Assembly: GCA_046760465.1 (NCBI GenBank)
Contig: JBHIEF010000001.1
Location: 1 to 62,686 of the forward strand
Length of the DNA: 62,686 nt
Source: Armatimonadota bacterium
GTDB lineage: Bacteria > Armatimonadota > Zipacnadia > JAUWAU01 > JBHIEF01
Direction of reading: 5' to 3'
Shown here one piece after another: positions 7,691 to 16,555 of the stretch. The notes beneath the pieces are model-generated. The model worked only from the letters and a program-made list of their open reading frames with translations, did not search any database and was not told where the DNA came from. Both the position numbers and the translations under genes were made by a program. Each line of letters begins with the position of its first letter. The stretch's first letter is position 1.

Positions 7691-10618
7691 TCAGTGCAGC
7701 GACGGCCAGACCACCTCGCCTCGTGCCTGTGCCTCGGTGTTCTCGTACGCTCCGTAGAACTCCGAGTTGCAGTCCAGCCACAGGGCGAGGCGGTGGAAGT
7801 CCTCCTCCGAGAGCTTGAGGCCATAGTGCCGCTCGTCCATGTACTGAAGCAGCGGCGCGGCCCGCGCGCCGAACTTGCCGGGAACGGTCCGGCTGCCGCC
7901 GTGGACGCCCGTGTTGATGGAGCCATTGCGCACGTGGAAGTAGAAGCCGTACTTGCCGGCCAGGTTGTTGTAGGAACGCGTGAAGCCGTTTGGCCCGTCA
8001 ATGGCTCCGCTCAGGTCGAGCGCATCTTCCTGCTGGTGGCAGTCAACGCAGTTGCGGTCCAGCACCGGCTGCACGAGCCGGGGGTAGTTGAACGGGTTGG
8101 ACCCGTCCACGTCGGGCCTGATGGGCGAGGGCGCGCGGCGTAGGGCCAGGGGAGTCCTCGTGCCGGACTGGGGGGCGCGGAGCTTCGGCTCGTGGCAGCC
8201 CAGGCACGTGAGCTGTTCGCCCGGGTGAACGTAGGTGTCGGACCGCATTGACTGGACGGCCATTCCCCGCTTGTCGAGGGCCTGGAAGTAGATCGCCTTG
8301 CCGACCGGGGCCAGGAAGTAGGCGCTGCCGTCGGCCTCCACGGGCACGCTGCCGAGGACGGCGCGCGCGTTGGTTTGGTCGGCAACGCCGATGCGCGGCC
8401 GGTTCGGGGGCGGCGTGGTCTTGGGCAGCACCTGGATGATCCGAAGCGCCTCGATTACTGTGCCCTGGGGCCACTGGAAGTCGCTGTCGTAGACGTTCAT
8501 CACGGCGATGGTCGCCGGCCGGTCTCCCCCCGCGGCCTGCTTGCCCGCGGCGGTCTGCGTCGTCTGATCGGGGATGACCGGCGGCCTGAGCCGTGGACGG
8601 AGTGGGATTGGGCTCAGGGAGGAGATGGAGGGGTCGCGGTAGATCAGCTCTTTGTTGCCAAAGCGGTCAACCCAGTAGAGGCCACGATTCCGGGCATCGG
8701 CATCATAGACGCAGAGGTAGTCGTCCTCGCTCAGCGGCCAGGGCGTCCCGTAGACCATGTGATCGCGGATGGACGGCGTCCGCCCCTCGGCCTCGGGGAA
8801 CAGCGCGTCGGGGGTCAGTCGCTCGAGCTGCGCCATGGCTCCGTCGTCGGCGAGGCGTGGGTCAATGAGCACCAGCGAGCCAAAGGCGTTCCCGTGGTGC
8901 GCGGCCGCGGTCGCGACGTACTTGGGTGAGTCCGGGATGGCGCGGATGCTCATCTCCATCCACGGCCGGCTTTCACGGCGGACCGGGTAGTTGCCGTGGA
9001 AGGACCGTGGACTGCGCCCGTCGGGGAAGCACGTCCAGATGTGGTGAGCGATGTTCGTGTCGCGATCCACGTAGTCCCACCGGCTGTAGACAATCATGCC
9101 GTCGTTGCCCACGCTCGGGTGCCACTCGTGCGTCTCGTGGTAGCTCAGACGGATGATGTCGCTGCCGTCCGGCTTCATGGAGTGCATCGTATAGGTGGGG
9201 CAGTGCCGCCCGCAGCGCAGATAGCCGCCGCGGCGCTCCGAGATGAACGCCACGCGACCGTTGGGAAGGAAGCACGGGTCGAAGTCGTTCCAAGGCCCGT
9301 CGGTCAACTGCTCCAGTCCCGTGCCGTCGGCGTTGACCTTGAAGATGTGGAACGAGGCCTCCGGCGTCCACGTCAGATCGCCGCCCTGGCACTGAGTGTA
9401 GGCGAACAAGACGGTCTCTCCGTCCCATGACACGTCTGGCGAAAGGAACGAGCCGCTGAGGAGCTTGCTGCCTGCCAGGCGCCCCTTCTCGACGACTGAG
9501 TCCCCTAGCAGGTTGGCCAGCTTCGGGTGGGGCGTAAAGGGGTGGGACAGCACGAAGAGCCCACCGCCGGGCTTGGCGTTGAACCCGTAGTACTGGTCGC
9601 ACATGTGAAAGACGCCGCCCGGGTCGTGTCGTTTGACGAACAGCAGTCGGTCAATGGCTAGCAGCGGATTGCAGAAGGCGATCTTGCGCACGAGCCATCG
9701 CGCCTCGAGATACACGTCCTTGCGTGTGTCCTCAGGCACCTCCTCGGCGCTCTCGAGGCGGGCCAGGCGTCTGTCCAGGGACGCCAGCTCGGCGGCCAGA
9801 GGATCGAGTCGCTCCGGCGCGGCCTTGGGACGGAGCCGGGCCACGAGCCCCTTGCCTCGCTCGACTACGTCGCGCGTATGGGCCAGCGAGAAGCCGCCTC
9901 CCCGACTCGCGAGCGAGGCCAAAGTTGAGTGGCCCATCGTGCCGACGTACGAGTGTGGCCCCACGCTCTTCTGGTCCGCGGGCCTGCCGAGGGCGACGTT
10001 CCGCTGTGGGTCATCCACGGCGTAGACCTCTACTTCATCTAGGGCGAAGGAACACTGGCCGGGGACATGCAAGCGGACGATGCGGGCGTAGACGTCCTGG
10101 CCCCGGAGGTTGATCACCAGCGGCTTCCCCTCGTTCGCCCCGTAGAACGTCTCGCCGTTGTGCTGATAGACCTGACGGAACTCCTGCGGTTTGGCTCCAC
10201 GAGCGACGAGGAGACGCAGGTGCCTGGTCCGCTGGGCAGTCCCACCGTCCGTCCGATTGAAGACAACCACGCGGTCGAGACGGAGGTCTTGGCCCAGATC
10301 CACCTGCCACCAGGGCTCTCGCTCTTTGCTGGCGGTGTGGAAGCCCCAGCGGCCGTTCTTGATTCCATCACAGCCGCCGGCCGCGTCCTGGGCCGTCGTG
10401 ACCCCACGCGCATTGCGCCTCGCGGACGCACCGTCAGCAGTCCTGGTCGCCGCGAATCGCCGGTCGCGGTCAATCCAGTCGGCCTCGATCAGCGCACGCA
10501 TCTGCTCGCCGATCTCGACGCCCGCGGATGGCAGCCGCTCACCGGCCGCAACGGCTCCACAGGCAAGTGTGGCGCCCAGCGAGATGTGCAGCAGGATCAT
10601 GTTGGCCGATGCTCTCAT
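7691..10618 (-). CDS. Secreted multidomain protein: F5/8 type C (discoidin) domain + TolB/PD40-like beta-propeller + C-terminal region with two CXXCH haem-c motifs
   Basis: ORF 7691..10921 trimmed to ATG 10618 (alternative 10636). The signal peptide is MRASANMILLHISLGATLACGAVAA. The discoidin-like part reads GIKNGRWGFHTASKEREPWWQVDLGQDLRLDRVVVFNR. The propeller-like part reads SPDVSWDGETVLFAY and NGRVAFISERRGG...YSRWDYVDRD. CLGCH is encoded at 8192..8206 and CVDCH at 8036..8050, both on the minus strand. Confidence 0.8.
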   Translation of the reverse strand: MRASANMILLHISLGATLACGAVAAGERLPSAGVEIGEQMRALIEADWIDRDRRFAATRTADGASARRNARGVTTAQDAAGGCDGIKNGRWGFHTASKEREPWWQVDLGQDLRLDRVVVFNRTDGGTAQRTRHLRLLVARGAKPQEFRQVYQHNGETFYGANEGKPLVINLRGQDVYARIVRLHVPGQCSFALDEVEVYAVDDPQRNVALGRPADQKSVGPHSYVGTMGHSTLASLASRGGGFSLAHTRDVVERGKGLVARLRPKAAPERLDPLAAELASLDRRLARLESAEEVPEDTRKDVYLEARWLVRKIAFCNPLLAIDRLLFVKRHDPGGVFHMCDQYYGFNAKPGGGLFVLSHPFTPHPKLANLLGDSVVEKGRLAGSKLLSGSFLSPDVSWDGETVLFAYTQCQGGDLTWTPEASFHIFKVNADGTGLEQLTDGPWNDFDPCFLPNGRVAFISERRGGYLRCGRHCPTYTMHSMKPDGSDIIRLSYHETHEWHPSVGNDGMIVYSRWDYVDRDTNIAHHIWTCFPDGRSPRSFHGNYPVRRESRPWMEMSIRAIPDSPKYVATAAAHHGNAFGSLVLIDPRLADDGAMAQLERLTPDALFPEAEGRTPSIRDHMVYGTPWPLSEDDYLCVYDADARNRGLYWVDRFGNKELIYRDPSISSLSPIPLRPRLRPPVIPDQTTQTAAGKQAAGGDRPATIAVMNVYDSDFQWPQGTVIEALRIIQVLPKTTPPPNRPRIGVADQTNARAVLGSVPVEADGSAYFLAPVGKAIYFQALDKRGMAVQSMRSDTYVHPGEQLTCLGCHEPKLRAPQSGTRTPLALRRAPSPIRPDVDGSNPFNYPRLVQPVLDRNCVDCHQQEDALDLSGAIDGPNGFTRSYNNLAGKYGFYFHVRNGSINTGVHGGSRTVPGKFGARAAPLLQYMDERHYGLKLSEEDFHRLALWLDCNSEFYGAYENTEAQARGEVVWPSLH

Positions 10619-10890
10619 GGCTTGGGGCTCCGGCATCGCCGTGCTTCGCCACATCGCGTCAGCAGCCCTGCCGCGGCTGGTGATTTGGCATCGGATCCGC
10701 GGCGCACACATGCGGACGGGACCACATCTCAATGGCGTCGGCGGCAAGTCGGTCACGCCTCCCGTGGACTTCCCGGCCACGGGAACCGTTTCCCGGGTGC
10801 CAGGCAGAACCCCCCAGCGTGCACCTAACAGGCACGAGCATGGTCGCATCTGTCCACTTTGCCCTCCCCACAGCCGGGCTGCAGCCGATG

Positions 10891-10899
10891 TGGTATAGT
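10891..10899 (+). promoter_or_regulatory. Candidate extended -10 promoter element (TGgTATAGT) upstream of the zinc-ribbon gene cluster
   Basis: TGGTATAGT was read at 10891..10899 in the 430-nt divergent intergenic region. It lies 82 to 151 nt upstream of the candidate starts at 10981 and 11050. No good -35 element is present at 17-nt spacing. This is a sigma70-consensus match only. Confidence 0.2.
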
Positions 10900-11049
10900 G
10901 TCGCCACATCCCTACAGACATCGGGGCAAAACTCCGATTGCCCTTACTGTCGAGAGGCTGTAGAGTGCGGGGGCCGAGGCATGACCTTCTCCCTCGCTTT
11001 GTGGCATCGAGGTGGCGGCGGCGTAGCGCCGAAGGAGGGGCTCCTGATC

Positions 11050-11925
11050 ATGCCGGCTCACGCGGCCCAACAATGCGAAGTGTGCGGGGCGACTGACCGC
11101 GACGATGCGGGGCGCTGTGGAGTCTGCGGCTCCTCACTTGCCGAGACAGGGAGCGACCAGCCTCCACCTCCGCAAACCCCGCAGAGATCGAATGGGAGCC
11201 GCGAGCCCCCGCGCGAGGCAGTGGCTGACCGCGAATGCCAATCGTGCGGAATGCGGGTCGAGGATCCAGCGGCCAGCTTCTGCTCGGCCTGTGGGGCACG
11301 CCTGCCGACAGAGGAAGCAGCGCCCCGAGTCTGCCCCCATCCCGGGTGTGGCCAGCCGCTCGGCGAAGGTGCGGCCTTCTGCTCCTACTGCGGGCAACCG
11401 ACTGCCGCCCCGGCACCAGCCCAGACGGCGGCGCCAGCCCAGGTCCCTGGCTCGCCGCAAGTCTGCGCGAATCCCGCCTGCGGCCAGCCGCTGCGTGAGG
11501 GCCACACCTTCTGCACCCACTGTGGCACGCGCAGCGCGGCGGAGGTGGGCGAGGCGTCGGCCGCAGCCGCCGCCGCAGCGCCCGGCGTCCGCCCGGCGCC
11601 CGGGAAAACCGCTCGGAGCTGGCGGCGCGGCCTGGGCCTATCCCTGGCGGCCCTTGGCTTGGTGTTGATACTCGGGGCCGCTGCCTGGGGCTTCCGTGTG
11701 TTCGGCGAGCTTCCCTTTGGTGGAGGGGCCCGGCCGTCTCCGAAGACGCTGGCCGATGATGACACTGACATCTGGGCAGAGATGGACGAGATCAGGGCGG
11801 GCGCGGACGCCGAACTCGATCGCAAGCTCGAGGAGATCAGCGAGCGACCGACAGAGGACGCCGTGCGGCCCGATGACGAAACAGCGGAGACCGATGTCTC
11901 CGGAGCGGAGGAAGCCAGTCCATGA
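11050..11925 (+). CDS. Membrane protein with four N-terminal (cytoplasmic) zinc ribbons, one TM helix and an acidic C-terminal tail
   Basis: Four ribbons are present at aa 9-158 (nt 11074..11523): CEVCG..CGVCG, CQSCG..FCSACG, CPHPGCG..FCSYCG and CANPACG..FCTHCG. The TM helix is LGLSLAALGLVLILGAAAWGF. The tail is rich in D/E. The start is ATG 11050 with AAGGAGG 11 nt upstream; the alternative ATG is at 10981. Its stop overlaps the next start (ATGA at 11922..11925). Confidence 0.8.
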   Translation: MPAHAAQQCEVCGATDRDDAGRCGVCGSSLAETGSDQPPPPQTPQRSNGSREPPREAVADRECQSCGMRVEDPAASFCSACGARLPTEEAAPRVCPHPGCGQPLGEGAAFCSYCGQPTAAPAPAQTAAPAQVPGSPQVCANPACGQPLREGHTFCTHCGTRSAAEVGEASAAAAAAAPGVRPAPGKTARSWRRGLGLSLAALGLVLILGAAAWGFRVFGELPFGGGARPSPKTLADDDTDIWAEMDEIRAGADAELDRKLEEISERPTEDAVRPDDETAETDVSGAEEASP

Positions 11926-14648
11926 CACGCGTTCCGCCGATCTTGCTGGGCGTAACCGTTGGTGCCCTACTGCTCTCTCCGGCTCCGGTTGGGGGATGGG
12001 GCTGCCTTTCCTCTCCGACGGCCCTCAGCGACAGCGAGATGTCCACGCTGCGCAATACCCTCCCAGACTACGCGACCAACAGGGCGCGGTACCAGGCGGA
12101 GTTCGATGGGCGCCTCGGGCCTCATCCCATCCACCAGTTCATCGCTCTCAAGGCCTTTCAGCTCCTGGAGCGGGATCCAGCGTTCAAGGACGGCAAGAGC
12201 GGTTTCCCCGACATCAAGGCCATCAACGCCTGGGACGGGATCGTACGGACCAGCCGTGGCATGGCCAAGCGCAGCAACAACGTTCCGGCAATATCGGAGT
12301 GGCTGGACCCGCCGGTGGGCGCCTTCTCGGGACCCGCGGCCGACGCCGAGCTGACAGTCCTGGAGAAGTGGAGTGACCTCTACTGCGCACAAGACCATTA
12401 CTGGAACCCATGGCTCAATTGCGGCGGCGCTCCGCTGGCCTCCGCCACCAACTACATCGCGTTGAGGCGGACCATCGCCACGGGAGAGCCCAAGAGCTTC
12501 GACGTCCCCCTGGAGGTGGAGAAGGCTCAGTACGCCCACTACCTGGCCCACTACGTCAGCGACGTGGCGAGCGCGAAGCACGCGGATGCCATCGCGATCC
12601 CGGTCGGAGCGCTGAACAGACTGGAGAAGCTGGCGGAGGGCTTCCCCAGCAGCGGCGCCGATGATCTGGCCACCGTGTTCAACATTCCAGAGGTGGTTGA
12701 GGCTGCCAACGTGATCCGGCGGGTCGCGGTCGGGTACGACGCGACGAACGGAGCCAAGCTGTGGCGGCGCTGGAACCGCAACATCGCCAGGGACGCTGTG
12801 CTGGACCCGGCGCGCTCCGGTCTTGCCATCGAAGTAGGGCCGGCCTCGGTGCGCTCGGCCGTGGCGGTCTATCTCCGCGGGCTGGCAACGCGCCCGCCGG
12901 AGAAGAACAGCTACGCGTTCTACAACTTCTTCGACCCTTTCTACTTCAACGGCCAAGTGCTCGACACGGCCAACGACCTGTGGAGCCTGGAGTGGGGGCT
13001 GGGCACGCCCTTCTGCACGCATCTGTTCTGGGAGACGAATCCCGAACAGGGCCAGTTCGCGCGGCGCCACGCCGGCAAGAAGGTCACGGAACTGCGCGGC
13101 GTGGGGCTGGGCTCTCTGGGAGCCGAGACCCCCGAGGCGGACTACCAGCCCTTCAAGATGAGCGCCGAGTTCAACAACATCACGGACGACAAGAAGCGCA
13201 ATGACGCACTGCGGACGGCGATGGCCGATCTGGTCAAGCACTGCTCCGTGGCGGCCCATGGCACGGTCTGCCAGGTCGAGTCGCCCAACGAGTTCAATAT
13301 GGAGTTCAAGACTGAGCTGGGCATCGCCATTCAGCACGTGTTCACCGCCTTCCGGGCCAGCATCACGGCCCTGCGGGTGGACGCCAAGCTGGTGGAGAGC
13401 GAGGTAGTTGGGCGCACCTACATCAAGTGTGAGCTGTACAACCTCGCCAAGGAGACCGCCACGCTGGACCGGATCTCGCTGGACTGGGACCCGCCCGGCG
13501 TATTCGTGAGAACCAAGGGGAGGGGCACCAAAGCCATCAAGGGCAGCCAGCTCAAGCCGGGAGAACGCATCGAGGTCGGATGGGAGATCGAGCCTCCCGA
13601 ACACAACCCCATGCCGGAGTTCTCGGTTGAGCTATGCGGCCACTACAACAACACCCCCGACTCCGGGTGGCACCGGGCCAAGGTGGAGGGCGGCTTGAGT
13701 ATCGTGTACGGCCCCGAAGGAGCAGGGCGTCGCGTGCCCAAGGGCGCTCCCGTGGATCTCATTGTGGTCTTCGACATCACGGGCTCGATGGGCGGAGCCA
13801 TTGACTCCTGCCGCAAGCGTGCGGAGGCGCTCATCCGCTCGCTCCGCGAGGAGAAGGAAGTGGATCTGCGACTGGGGTTGGTCGGCTTCCGGGATCACGA
13901 CGATGACGAGGCGCCGCCTTTCGACCCTCAGCCGCTTACCAGCAGCGTGGACCGCCTGATTCGGTGGATGAATGACTGGGAGGCCAAGGGTGGCGGCGAC
14001 ACGCCGGAGGACCAATACGCGGCGCTGATGCGAGCCATCAAGATGAAGTGGGACAACGAGAGGAAGGGGAAGAAGGTCACCAAGCTCATCGTCGTGATCA
14101 CGGACGCGCCTGCCAAGAGAGACCCGGTCACCGGACGGGATTTCGAGGGCAACAACGCCAGCAAAGTGGCTGCGGCGGCGGAGGCCGTGGACCCCGCTCA
14201 CATCTACCCCATTGTCGTCGGCACGGACGCGCAGGCCATCGCCGATGGCGAGGAGTTGGCCGAGCTGACGGGCGGGAAGTTCCTGTCGGCCGCAAGTGGC
14301 GAGGAGGTCGCAGATGCACTGCTGGAGGCCGTGGAGACAGGCATAGAGGAACACGCCGAGCCCGTCGCGCCCACCGGCCCGGGATCACGCCCGCTGCTGG
14401 CAGCCCTACTGCTCCTGGTCGGCATAGCTGCAATCGGAGTGGGGTTGGCGTTTGCCCTGACCCGCGGGCGCAACACGTGTCCCCACTGTGGCAGGGCAAT
14501 CCGTGCGAGCGCCACCTTCTGCACCTCGTGTGGAGCCGAGCTGGGAGCGCGGCGCTGCCCCAATCCCCAGTGCGGCCAGGAGATGCTCTTTGGCAAGGAG
14601 TTCTGCACTGCCTGTGGCACCCGCGTGGCACAGCCCCCGCAAGCCTAA
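11922..14648 (+). CDS. Signal peptide + zinc-phospholipase-C-like domain + vWA (MIDAS) domain + TM helix + C-terminal double zinc ribbon
   Basis: The ATG at 11922 has GGAGG 10 nt upstream and overlaps the upstream stop. The N-terminal signal is ILLGVTVGALLLSPAPVGG. AQDHYWNPW (12390..12413) and HYLAHYVSDVASAKHAD (12537..12587) resemble the QDHFWDP and HYxxDxxxPxH motifs of Zn-dependent phospholipase C. The vWA part reads DLIVVFDITGSMGG (D-x-T-x-S at 13773..13787), GLVGFRD, GGGDTPEDQ and LIVVITDAP. The TM helix is LLAALLLLVGIAAIGVGLAFAL. The ribbons CPHCG..FCTSCG and CPNPQCG..FCTACG start at 14478. Confidence 0.85.
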   Translation: MTRVPPILLGVTVGALLLSPAPVGGWGCLSSPTALSDSEMSTLRNTLPDYATNRARYQAEFDGRLGPHPIHQFIALKAFQLLERDPAFKDGKSGFPDIKAINAWDGIVRTSRGMAKRSNNVPAISEWLDPPVGAFSGPAADAELTVLEKWSDLYCAQDHYWNPWLNCGGAPLASATNYIALRRTIATGEPKSFDVPLEVEKAQYAHYLAHYVSDVASAKHADAIAIPVGALNRLEKLAEGFPSSGADDLATVFNIPEVVEAANVIRRVAVGYDATNGAKLWRRWNRNIARDAVLDPARSGLAIEVGPASVRSAVAVYLRGLATRPPEKNSYAFYNFFDPFYFNGQVLDTANDLWSLEWGLGTPFCTHLFWETNPEQGQFARRHAGKKVTELRGVGLGSLGAETPEADYQPFKMSAEFNNITDDKKRNDALRTAMADLVKHCSVAAHGTVCQVESPNEFNMEFKTELGIAIQHVFTAFRASITALRVDAKLVESEVVGRTYIKCELYNLAKETATLDRISLDWDPPGVFVRTKGRGTKAIKGSQLKPGERIEVGWEIEPPEHNPMPEFSVELCGHYNNTPDSGWHRAKVEGGLSIVYGPEGAGRRVPKGAPVDLIVVFDITGSMGGAIDSCRKRAEALIRSLREEKEVDLRLGLVGFRDHDDDEAPPFDPQPLTSSVDRLIRWMNDWEAKGGGDTPEDQYAALMRAIKMKWDNERKGKKVTKLIVVITDAPAKRDPVTGRDFEGNNASKVAAAAEAVDPAHIYPIVVGTDAQAIADGEELAELTGGKFLSAASGEEVADALLEAVETGIEEHAEPVAPTGPGSRPLLAALLLLVGIAAIGVGLAFALTRGRNTCPHCGRAIRASATFCTSCGAELGARRCPNPQCGQEMLFGKEFCTACGTRVAQPPQA

Positions 14649-14668
14649 GGCAGCGGAGGTAGACCCAC

Positions 14669-16486
14669 ATGGCACCGGCTCTTGGCCCGGAGCTCAATCC
14701 CCTCCCGACGATTATGGGCTCCCTGGTCGCAATACTCGTGGGGAATGTCCTGCTGTACGTTTACTTTGGCGTCACGCTGATGGTCATCGCCCGCAAGACC
14801 AACACGCGCAACGCCTGGCTGGCCTGGATCCCCATTGGCAACATCTTCCTCATGTGCAGTGCCGGCCGCCGACCAGCCTGGTGGGTGCTCCTGCTACTCA
14901 TCCCCGTGGTGAACCTGGTTGTGGTCGCCATACTATGGATGTCCATCGCCGAGGTGCGTGGCAAGGCACCGTGGACGGGTGTGCTCGTCCTCGTGCCGGT
15001 AGTCGGACTGCTTGTTCCTGCTTACCTGGCCGCCGGCAGAGCCACGACGCCCGATCTGGCCGCCCGGCCGAGCGTCTGCCCCCACTGCGGCACCGAGGCG
15101 GAAGAGGGGGACGAGTTCTGCGGGAGCTGTGGCGAGGCCGTGCTGGCAAGCGCAGCCCCCCGCGTGCCGGCATGCTCCCAGTGTGGGGCCGGAGTGTCGA
15201 CGGGCGACGAGTTCTGTGGAGCCTGCGGCGCGGTCCTCCCCCGGGCAGCACGCGTGCCGCCGCGGAAGCCGGTGTGGCAGTTGGCGCTCGCCGGCACCGG
15301 CATGGTAGTGACCATCGCCGCGTTGGGCGGGGGGCTGAGCTGGTTGACGGTGGCGCGAGTCGGCTCCTACACGCCGCCCGAACGCGAGGCTCCGGCGCTT
15401 CCCAAGCGAATGGCAGGTACCATGACGGAGTTCCCCGTTGACACCGACCCGGTCGCCCCCGCCCGGCCGGACTCGGTGGTGAGCAAGGACTTCGGAGGGG
15501 CCGAGGCGAGTGCCGCTGAGACGGAGGTGCCCGGGGAGTGGCTCCCGCCCGGGATAGAGCCGGAGAGCCTGCCGGACCGGGCTACCGCTGCGACCTGCGC
15601 CACCTATCGTCCGACCCCATCGAGAACAGCGCCGAGTGCCGGCGCGGCGCCCGACAAGCCCGACACAGGTGAAGGGGCCGCCGTTGCCGAGGGCACGGGG
15701 GAGCCGGACGACTGGGTCTGCGTAACCGTGCTGGAGACGCCAGCCGGCTCAACCGACGAAGGCCGAGAGATCGCCACTGATGTGGCCGCAGCAACCGGAG
15801 GAGAAAGGACACGGGTCCGGGTCAAGAGCCCAGACGGGGACGTGTACAGTGGCACGCGTATCGAGAGCCCCGAAGTCCTGGTGATCGTGCTCGACAAGCA
15901 GGCCGCGGACGTGGTGGTCATCGTCTACGCGCCACATCCGGAGATGGCACCTGTCGCGGAGCGGCTGGCTGCGAATGTGGGCAACGGCGAGGGCCTGTAC
16001 GACTACCCAGAGGCGCGCGGCTCCATCTGGACCTTGCCCGCGGAGCCGCCGGCGGGCTTCGTGCTGCAAGAGGTCACCTGCCTCACACCGTACGATGTTG
16101 GGCTGTCGGCGGCGGACGTGGACGCCGCCATAGCGGAGGCGGAAGACGCCCAGGTCCGGCGCCTGCTGTCCCGCATCCGCAATCTCATACCGCAGCGTTT
16201 CGTCTTTGCCCGTTACGCCGATGAGTCGAGCCGGGATTGGCAGGCGCTCATATGTGAGTATGGCTCCCCGCGTCGGGCCTGGCTCACGTGGACGTTCGTC
16301 CGCTACGCTCTGGGCGCCAGTGGGATGCGCCCTACGCCCGTGCTAGGTGTTGAGGGCCTCTACCTGGACGGCGAAGGCGGCTCAATCGTCCTGTGTCAGA
16401 AGGGGCCGTACCTAGCCGTGCTGGCCGGGCCTGCCGACGGCACCGCGGAGCGGCTGACGCAACTGGCGGACGCACTTCAGATGTGA
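14669..16486 (+). CDS. Polytopic membrane protein: small N-terminal membrane module + double zinc ribbon + TM helix + ~370-aa ectodomain of unknown fold
   Basis: The ATG at 14669 has GGAGG 9 nt upstream. The N-terminal hydrophobic module reads WLAWIPIGNIFLMCSAGRRPAWWVLLLLIPVVNLV, which is DUF5684-like from memory and unverified. The ribbons are CPHCG..FCGSCG and CSQCG..FCGACG. The TM helix is LALAGTGMVVTIAALGGGLSWL. The remainder is unrecognised. Confidence 0.8.
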   Translation: MAPALGPELNPLPTIMGSLVAILVGNVLLYVYFGVTLMVIARKTNTRNAWLAWIPIGNIFLMCSAGRRPAWWVLLLLIPVVNLVVVAILWMSIAEVRGKAPWTGVLVLVPVVGLLVPAYLAAGRATTPDLAARPSVCPHCGTEAEEGDEFCGSCGEAVLASAAPRVPACSQCGAGVSTGDEFCGACGAVLPRAARVPPRKPVWQLALAGTGMVVTIAALGGGLSWLTVARVGSYTPPEREAPALPKRMAGTMTEFPVDTDPVAPARPDSVVSKDFGGAEASAAETEVPGEWLPPGIEPESLPDRATAATCATYRPTPSRTAPSAGAAPDKPDTGEGAAVAEGTGEPDDWVCVTVLETPAGSTDEGREIATDVAAATGGERTRVRVKSPDGDVYSGTRIESPEVLVIVLDKQAADVVVIVYAPHPEMAPVAERLAANVGNGEGLYDYPEARGSIWTLPAEPPAGFVLQEVTCLTPYDVGLSAADVDAAIAEAEDAQVRRLLSRIRNLIPQRFVFARYADESSRDWQALICEYGSPRRAWLTWTFVRYALGASGMRPTPVLGVEGLYLDGEGGSIVLCQKGPYLAVLAGPADGTAERLTQLADALQM

Positions 16487-16555
16487 CGGGCCAGGGAGCT
16501 TGGCCGTCAGCGGGCGACGCGCACACGTGTCACTCGAGGGCACTGGAGGCTGGCG

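Noticed and set aside
7691-10618. Interpretation as a hydrazine synthase subunit (anammox)
   Set aside because: Only a domain-level resemblance exists. No HzsB/HzsC, hydrazine dehydrogenase or other anammox genes are nearby, and the protein carries a discoidin domain. I treat it as an HzsA-like domain protein of unknown function.
11967-13604. 545-aa ORF on the minus strand (largest unassigned ORF in the track)
   Set aside because: It is entirely antisense to the PLC-like/vWA gene, which has clear motifs. Its translation is Arg/Gly/Pro/His/Val-rich with no motif. This is a typical shadow ORF of a GC-rich coding strand.
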